The notes beneath the pieces are model-generated. The model was not told the DNA's origin. It did no database searches and saw only the letters and a program-made list of their open reading frames with translations. Made by a program: the position numbers and the translations under genes. A stretch of 64,000 nucleotides of DNA from a virus. Lineage: Duplodnaviria > Caudoviricetes. Positions 59,212 through 64,000 of this stretch are shown here, one piece after another (the first letter of the stretch is position 1; each line of letters begins with the position of its first letter). The DNA lies in the IMG/VR virus record IMGVR_UViG_3300011989_000257, positions 288,001 to 352,000 of that record; one strand, written 5' to 3'.

Positions 59212-62200
59212 TTCCTTCGAATTTATAGTTTATTACTGCTGTTCCATAATTACTATTTGGGTCAGTATCATTCATTATCTTTGCTTCAAAAAGGTTTAAT
59301 GTAACCACGTTATCCTTAATCATCACATACCTATTATCAAAAACATATCCATATTCCTTGTTTTTAAAGTCATACACAGCATATAATGGTATGTATGCTT
59401 GTGCATATACCCAAGACAATGGTATGCCCATCTTGAGGATTTCTAGGTCTGTCATGCCAGATGATGTATTGGCTGATAGTGTCAACATTCTTTCTGGATA
59501 TACCTCATAATATTCAGTATTTGAACTAGATGCACTGCTCGTTTCATCTACTTCAAAGCCATTCTCAGTTACTGTTATCTCATTGCTTTCATCATTTTCA
59601 GTTATCCCACTTGTCCATTTCATTGGAACTATGAATGGTATTGTTTTTCCAATTCCAGCATGGTTAAATTCAATTTTCATATAAATAGGCTTTGGATGTA
59701 GTTTTTCAGCATATTCCCTAAACATATATATGTAGAAACCTTCAGATGAAGTATCCGTAGTATATTTATTATCAATTACGAATCTAGAGTCAATCCTTTT
59801 GTCATCATCCTTAATTGAAATGTATTTTTCTTTTCCAGTTTCGCCTATTTTAATAAAATTAATTTCATCACCCTTCTCAGTCTTTTCATTCCTTAAACGT
59901 TCTGAAGTTACGTTGATTCTACTTGTTTCCACACATCCACTTAGTTCATCAGTTGAAAAACTTATATAGGTATTCATGCCTTTCCTTGAGTTATCTATGT
60001 ATCTCTTGAAGAGTTTATGCTCGTCCATGAACACTGTTGAAGTTGCCAACAATGACTGTGTTTGTGGGTCAGTGGAATCGTAATATGAGAATCTTAAGAA
60101 AGATTTTGCAATCCTTGATTTTTGGTAAAATACATCATTGTTGTTAAAATACATTAAGCCTAACAAATCTGAGGAACTAATCATCCTTTCATATTTGTCT
60201 TTCCTCTCATCTTTTTTAGTCTCTGGAATCCCAGATACGGATGCAATCATAGACCTATATGGCTCGAAATCAGTTATAAACCAGTTTGAAAAACCGCTTA
60301 ATGAAATGTCGTTATAATCTTCATTCACCTTCCAATTGTCAATGTTTCTAGTTCTGAAATGTAGGTTAACATTTATTGTATGTACTGGTGTAAAATCAGT
60401 CGTAGAACCACTGTAATTCGCATTTAGCATTATCTTTGGAGTATAAACATCTTTCTCTAAGTCAACAATCCTATTGATGGCTTTTTCTTTTTCCTTTTCG
60501 CAAAAATCTTTCTGTATTATCTCACTTTGCAATAGGTTATTAGCAACATTGACGTTTAGATTTATTGGTATGTTTACATATCCATTCTTATTCTCAATCT
60601 CAAGGTTATCGAATATATTATATGCGTCATCACTAGATATTGCGCCACTAACTGATGAAAATATTGATTGCCTTGATATCGGCTTTGAACCAAACACATT
60701 ATTGTTTATCTGTAATGAATACCCATCTTGATTGGCTATGATTTCGCTAGCCAATTCTGTCTGCATTGTATGAATGGTTCCAGATGAATATTCATTTGGA
60801 CTTATTGAGGCTTCACATATAAACAATGAGTTACCCTTAATCTCATCAACCACGAACTTTATCTTCCTTGGAATGGTCAATTCAGCAACATTGTCTCTGA
60901 TGATATATCTATTGCCTTCGATGGTAACACCAGAATATGAGTTTATATCATATGATTCATTCGTTGGTACATCCCCACTGACCATAACAAGCCCATATCT
61001 TTCTAGTTTATTACCATTTTTCTTCATTGGTACTTGTTCGTCCTCAATATTCACATATGCTATGTTAGAATTAAAATCATCATATGTAATGTCATACTCA
61101 TTACCATTAATAACTGCTTTATCAAACAAGTTAGCCTCTGCATCATATCTGTTACCATCATAAAGGATTGCATTGTCTTCAAGGTCTATATATGATTCGT
61201 CACCATTTAACGTATAAACAAATGTGATTTCATCACCTACATTGATTGTTGCCCCTTGGTTTTCTAACATAACCATTATAAACCTAGAAGCACTAGTTTC
61301 CCTATAGTCCCCCAATATTTCATATGCATCATCATTAATCTTTATAAATGCCTTGAACTTATCCAAATCATTTATGTCTTGTGCATCATTGGTAGTAATC
61401 TCAATAATACTAGTATCATCATCAGTATATGCTGATACGTTATAATTGGTTATAACAGAAGGGTCATTTTCACTTGGGACTTGGCAAACATATTTACTAC
61501 TACTAGGTATCACTGGACAATAGTCCTCACCATGTTTTGTATAGAAAAATTTCTCGCAATATTTAATGCTTTTAGGCTTATATTGTACAAATGGAATAGA
61601 ATATGCCTTGAATTTGCATACATCATGTATCAATGACACATCATCGTATGGTATACAATCTATATCTCCTAATGCTGTTATATTAGTTCCTTTGTCAGTA
61701 TATTTGATGCATCCTTTAGTACCATTTGGCTGTTGCTCATCTTTGTCGAATATGTATTTGTTACCATCAATGGTTACATATCCATCTTCAATCCAATAAA
61801 CAGTATCAAGTTTTATGAAATTACCATCTATAGTTGGCTCAACAGTTTTCTCAACTATTTTTGGTACATATTTCCCATTTTCATTTCTAGCAAATACTTC
61901 ACACTGCCAATCCTTAATAGTAAATTTACCATTATTTTTATAGAAGAACCTACCATTAAGTTCAACATAATCGTTACCGTTGAATGTTTTAATTCGATAT
62001 TTCTTACCCCTTACTATAACATATCCAAGCCTTGTAACAACCTCGCATTCGACACTTAGTACTGAGTTGTTATTAGTCAAAGGGCTTATTACAGATATTG
62101 TATCATGTTTTTCAAGATGATATGATGAGTCTGTTACACCAGAAATAAATGATAAATCTGGTGCAACATATTTTTCCCTCCAAATTATGTTATTGTCTTT

Positions 62201-62239
62201 GAAATCGTTTTCAGTAAGTCTTACTTTATATTTTAACAT
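59195..62239 (-). CDS. putative structural protein
   Basis: 1014-aa ORF in the structural operon. Confidence 0.6.
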   Translation of the reverse strand: MLKYKVRLTENDFKDNNIIWREKYVAPDLSFISGVTDSSYHLEKHDTISVISPLTNNNSVLSVECEVVTRLGYVIVRGKKYRIKTFNGNDYVELNGRFFYKNNGKFTIKDWQCEVFARNENGKYVPKIVEKTVEPTIDGNFIKLDTVYWIEDGYVTIDGNKYIFDKDEQQPNGTKGCIKYTDKGTNITALGDIDCIPYDDVSLIHDVCKFKAYSIPFVQYKPKSIKYCEKFFYTKHGEDYCPVIPSSSKYVCQVPSENDPSVITNYNVSAYTDDDTSIIEITTNDAQDINDLDKFKAFIKINDDAYEILGDYRETSASRFIMVMLENQGATINVGDEITFVYTLNGDESYIDLEDNAILYDGNRYDAEANLFDKAVINGNEYDITYDDFNSNIAYVNIEDEQVPMKKNGNKLERYGLVMVSGDVPTNESYDINSYSGVTIEGNRYIIRDNVAELTIPRKIKFVVDEIKGNSLFICEASISPNEYSSGTIHTMQTELASEIIANQDGYSLQINNNVFGSKPISRQSIFSSVSGAISSDDAYNIFDNLEIENKNGYVNIPINLNVNVANNLLQSEIIQKDFCEKEKEKAINRIVDLEKDVYTPKIMLNANYSGSTTDFTPVHTINVNLHFRTRNIDNWKVNEDYNDISLSGFSNWFITDFEPYRSMIASVSGIPETKKDERKDKYERMISSSDLLGLMYFNNNDVFYQKSRIAKSFLRFSYYDSTDPQTQSLLATSTVFMDEHKLFKRYIDNSRKGMNTYISFSTDELSGCVETSRINVTSERLRNEKTEKGDEINFIKIGETGKEKYISIKDDDKRIDSRFVIDNKYTTDTSSEGFYIYMFREYAEKLHPKPIYMKIEFNHAGIGKTIPFIVPMKWTSGITENDESNEITVTENGFEVDETSSASSSNTEYYEVYPERMLTLSANTSSGMTDLEILKMGIPLSWVYAQAYIPLYAVYDFKNKEYGYVFDNRYVMIKDNVVTLNLFEAKIMNDTDPNSNYGTAVINYKFEGNEENI

Positions 62240-63999
62240 ACTATATCTTTTTCTTTAACATAATTATTCTCATTCTCAATCTTTGCTTCCCTTCCAAGAA
62301 TATCATCATCGGAATAAAGTCCATATAAGTCATACGGGTCTTGTCTCTTTAGATATAAGTTGACTCTCTTATTGATGTAAAATGCCCCATTTGTGAAAGG
62401 ATACTCTTCAATTGTCTTATCAGAAGGATTCATACCATTGTTTATTATATCACGCCATATGAATCTGCATGTGCCATCCCTAAGAATATGGGCATAAGAA
62501 GGTATGTTCAGATTATCTATCTTAAACAGTCTATACCTTAACAGATTATCAGATGATGCGAATAAATCAGGTATTCTATCTGTCTTATTGCCTTCCTCAT
62601 CATAGATGTTACATACAAATACCTTATCGTTGTCACCACTTATAGTCACACAGTAATATAGCTCATCAGTCTCAGTATCATATATCATCGCCTTGTCACC
62701 AACCCCTAGGAAATGTTTTTCTAATACTGTTATCCTAGTTCCATTTGATGTATTTACCAAAGACCTTATATTAAGGAACATTGGCATTACAGAATTGATG
62801 GTACTGAATGTTTTTATTGGTATCTCATAGTGAGGTACATAATAATATCCCTCATTGTGATTATTGACATCTTTTTCAGTATTTGTTTTTATTTCATATT
62901 TATCATTTTTGTCGTAATCATCATTTTTAATCTCATCATAGATATATGTGTTAAAATATTCTGTCGATTCTGATTTATTCGATTCCCTCTGTGCGGTGTT
63001 GAATCTATGCAACATTGGTTGTATATGCCTCTCAACAGCATTGAATGCATCATAATAGGACAAATCACCGTAATAACTTGTATCATAGTCATACCAGATT
63101 TCTTGAGCATCTATATGATATATATCTTTATCATCATAACCCCATTCTCTTTCGCCATTGATTAAACTACAATCATACCCAATATTCATACCATTATTAT
63201 TTATCGACTTTATATTCAGTATCCTGTAATCTCTAGCAGATTCTTCGCAACAATCAAATGCACAAGTAATCTTCCCAAAACAATGTGAATACTCTATACT
63301 ATCTCCACTAACCTCACTGACATCCCAAGTATCTGCACTATTTGTAAAGCCATACCATTGTTTATACCCCTTATTGTTCTTAACCAATGTCAAATATACT
63401 GAAGATAATGGTCTTCCTAGATTATCTTTAAGATTTGATATATCTATATCATCTGTATAGACAATCTCTCCTATATCATCTGAATATATGTTCTTTGCAA
63501 AAGCTAGTCTTGATACATGGCTCTCAAAATCATATTTAGGGTCTTGATATTCCTTCAACAACCCGTTATCCTCACCATATAGGTCATATTCTGAAGTACC
63601 ACCACTTGCAAACTTGAAATTAGGGACTCTTGAGAAAATCCTGACATAATATTCGCATTCAATGCCATTCACTACCTTTTTGAATGATATGTTTTGAGCA
63701 TTTTTATCAAAATTGACATACCCATTATACCCCCTTCTTTTATTGACAATATAATATCTTTCTATAACCCCATCATCGTCATTGAACTCATAGAAGAAAT
63801 CCTTTGTCTCATCATCCAATACATATAGTGTACTTGCACTGTCACCACTTATAGTAATACCACTTATGATGTCATCATTTGACACTTCAACCCATGTATC
63901 ACTTATCTGGACATCAGCACCAAATAACGTGAAAATGTAATCATCTACGATTTCATCTACCTTTGCATTCTCAATTATCCTTTCAGTAATGGTCTCGCC
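62233..63999 (-). CDS. putative structural protein, 5'-truncated by the window edge
   Basis: Frame stays open from 63885 to the end of the window (GETITERII...). Confidence 0.7.
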   Translation of the reverse strand, partial: GETITERIIENAKVDEIVDDYIFTLFGADVQISDTWVEVSNDDIISGITISGDSASTLYVLDDETKDFFYEFNDDDGVIERYYIVNKRRGYNGYVNFDKNAQNISFKKVVNGIECEYYVRIFSRVPNFKFASGGTSEYDLYGEDNGLLKEYQDPKYDFESHVSRLAFAKNIYSDDIGEIVYTDDIDISNLKDNLGRPLSSVYLTLVKNNKGYKQWYGFTNSADTWDVSEVSGDSIEYSHCFGKITCAFDCCEESARDYRILNIKSINNNGMNIGYDCSLINGEREWGYDDKDIYHIDAQEIWYDYDTSYYGDLSYYDAFNAVERHIQPMLHRFNTAQRESNKSESTEYFNTYIYDEIKNDDYDKNDKYEIKTNTEKDVNNHNEGYYYVPHYEIPIKTFSTINSVMPMFLNIRSLVNTSNGTRITVLEKHFLGVGDKAMIYDTETDELYYCVTISGDNDKVFVCNIYDEEGNKTDRIPDLFASSDNLLRYRLFKIDNLNIPSYAHILRDGTCRFIWRDIINNGMNPSDKTIEEYPFTNGAFYINKRVNLYLKRQDPYDLYGLYSDDDILGREAKIENENNYVKEKDIVC

Positions 64000-64000
64000 A

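Noticed and set aside
1-64000. TAG stop-codon reassignment as in Lak-type Prevotella phages
   Set aside because: Long genes are intact in code 11, TAG ends several genes at plausible termini (e.g. 8782, 23654, 37282), and no CTA-anticodon tRNA was seen.

Overview
AT-rich, almost entirely minus-strand segment of a large (jumbo-type) tailed phage genome. The host is most likely a Bacteroidota bacterium (Prevotella/Bacteroides-like): 16 copies of a fixed-spacing TTTG-N-TAnnTTTG promoter match the Bacteroidota primary-sigma consensus. Standard genetic code. The window has three blocks. (1) ~0.4-10.3 kb is a dense RNA array with about 13 conventional tRNAs, a tRNA-Arg(TCT) split by a 530-nt group I intron, an HNH gene inserted at a tRNA(CAT) locus, several tRNA-like RNAs with aberrant anticodon arms, stem-closed spacer RNAs and an OmpA gene. 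(2) ~10.9-37.8 kb holds host-takeover genes: TelA, SSB, RtcB, radical SAM, NadE, TyrRS, a DUF2828-like/vWA (Ro60/TROVE-like) protein, sigma70, IF-3, macro domain, AAA ATPase, DnaJ, DnaK, HAD and PTP phosphatases, and an exonuclease. (3) ~37.9-64 kb holds virion/tail genes. The main finding is a family of 8 ncRNA elements that share a covarying closing stem followed by a conserved TRCAGCA motif. Their cargo is a tRNA body opened at different points (anticodon loop, D loop, acceptor end) or an isolated anticodon hairpin. This resembles tRNA-mimic Y RNAs but with a different conserved motif, and the same genome encodes a Ro60-like vWA protein and RtcB. All product calls come from motif recognition by eye; no searches were run.
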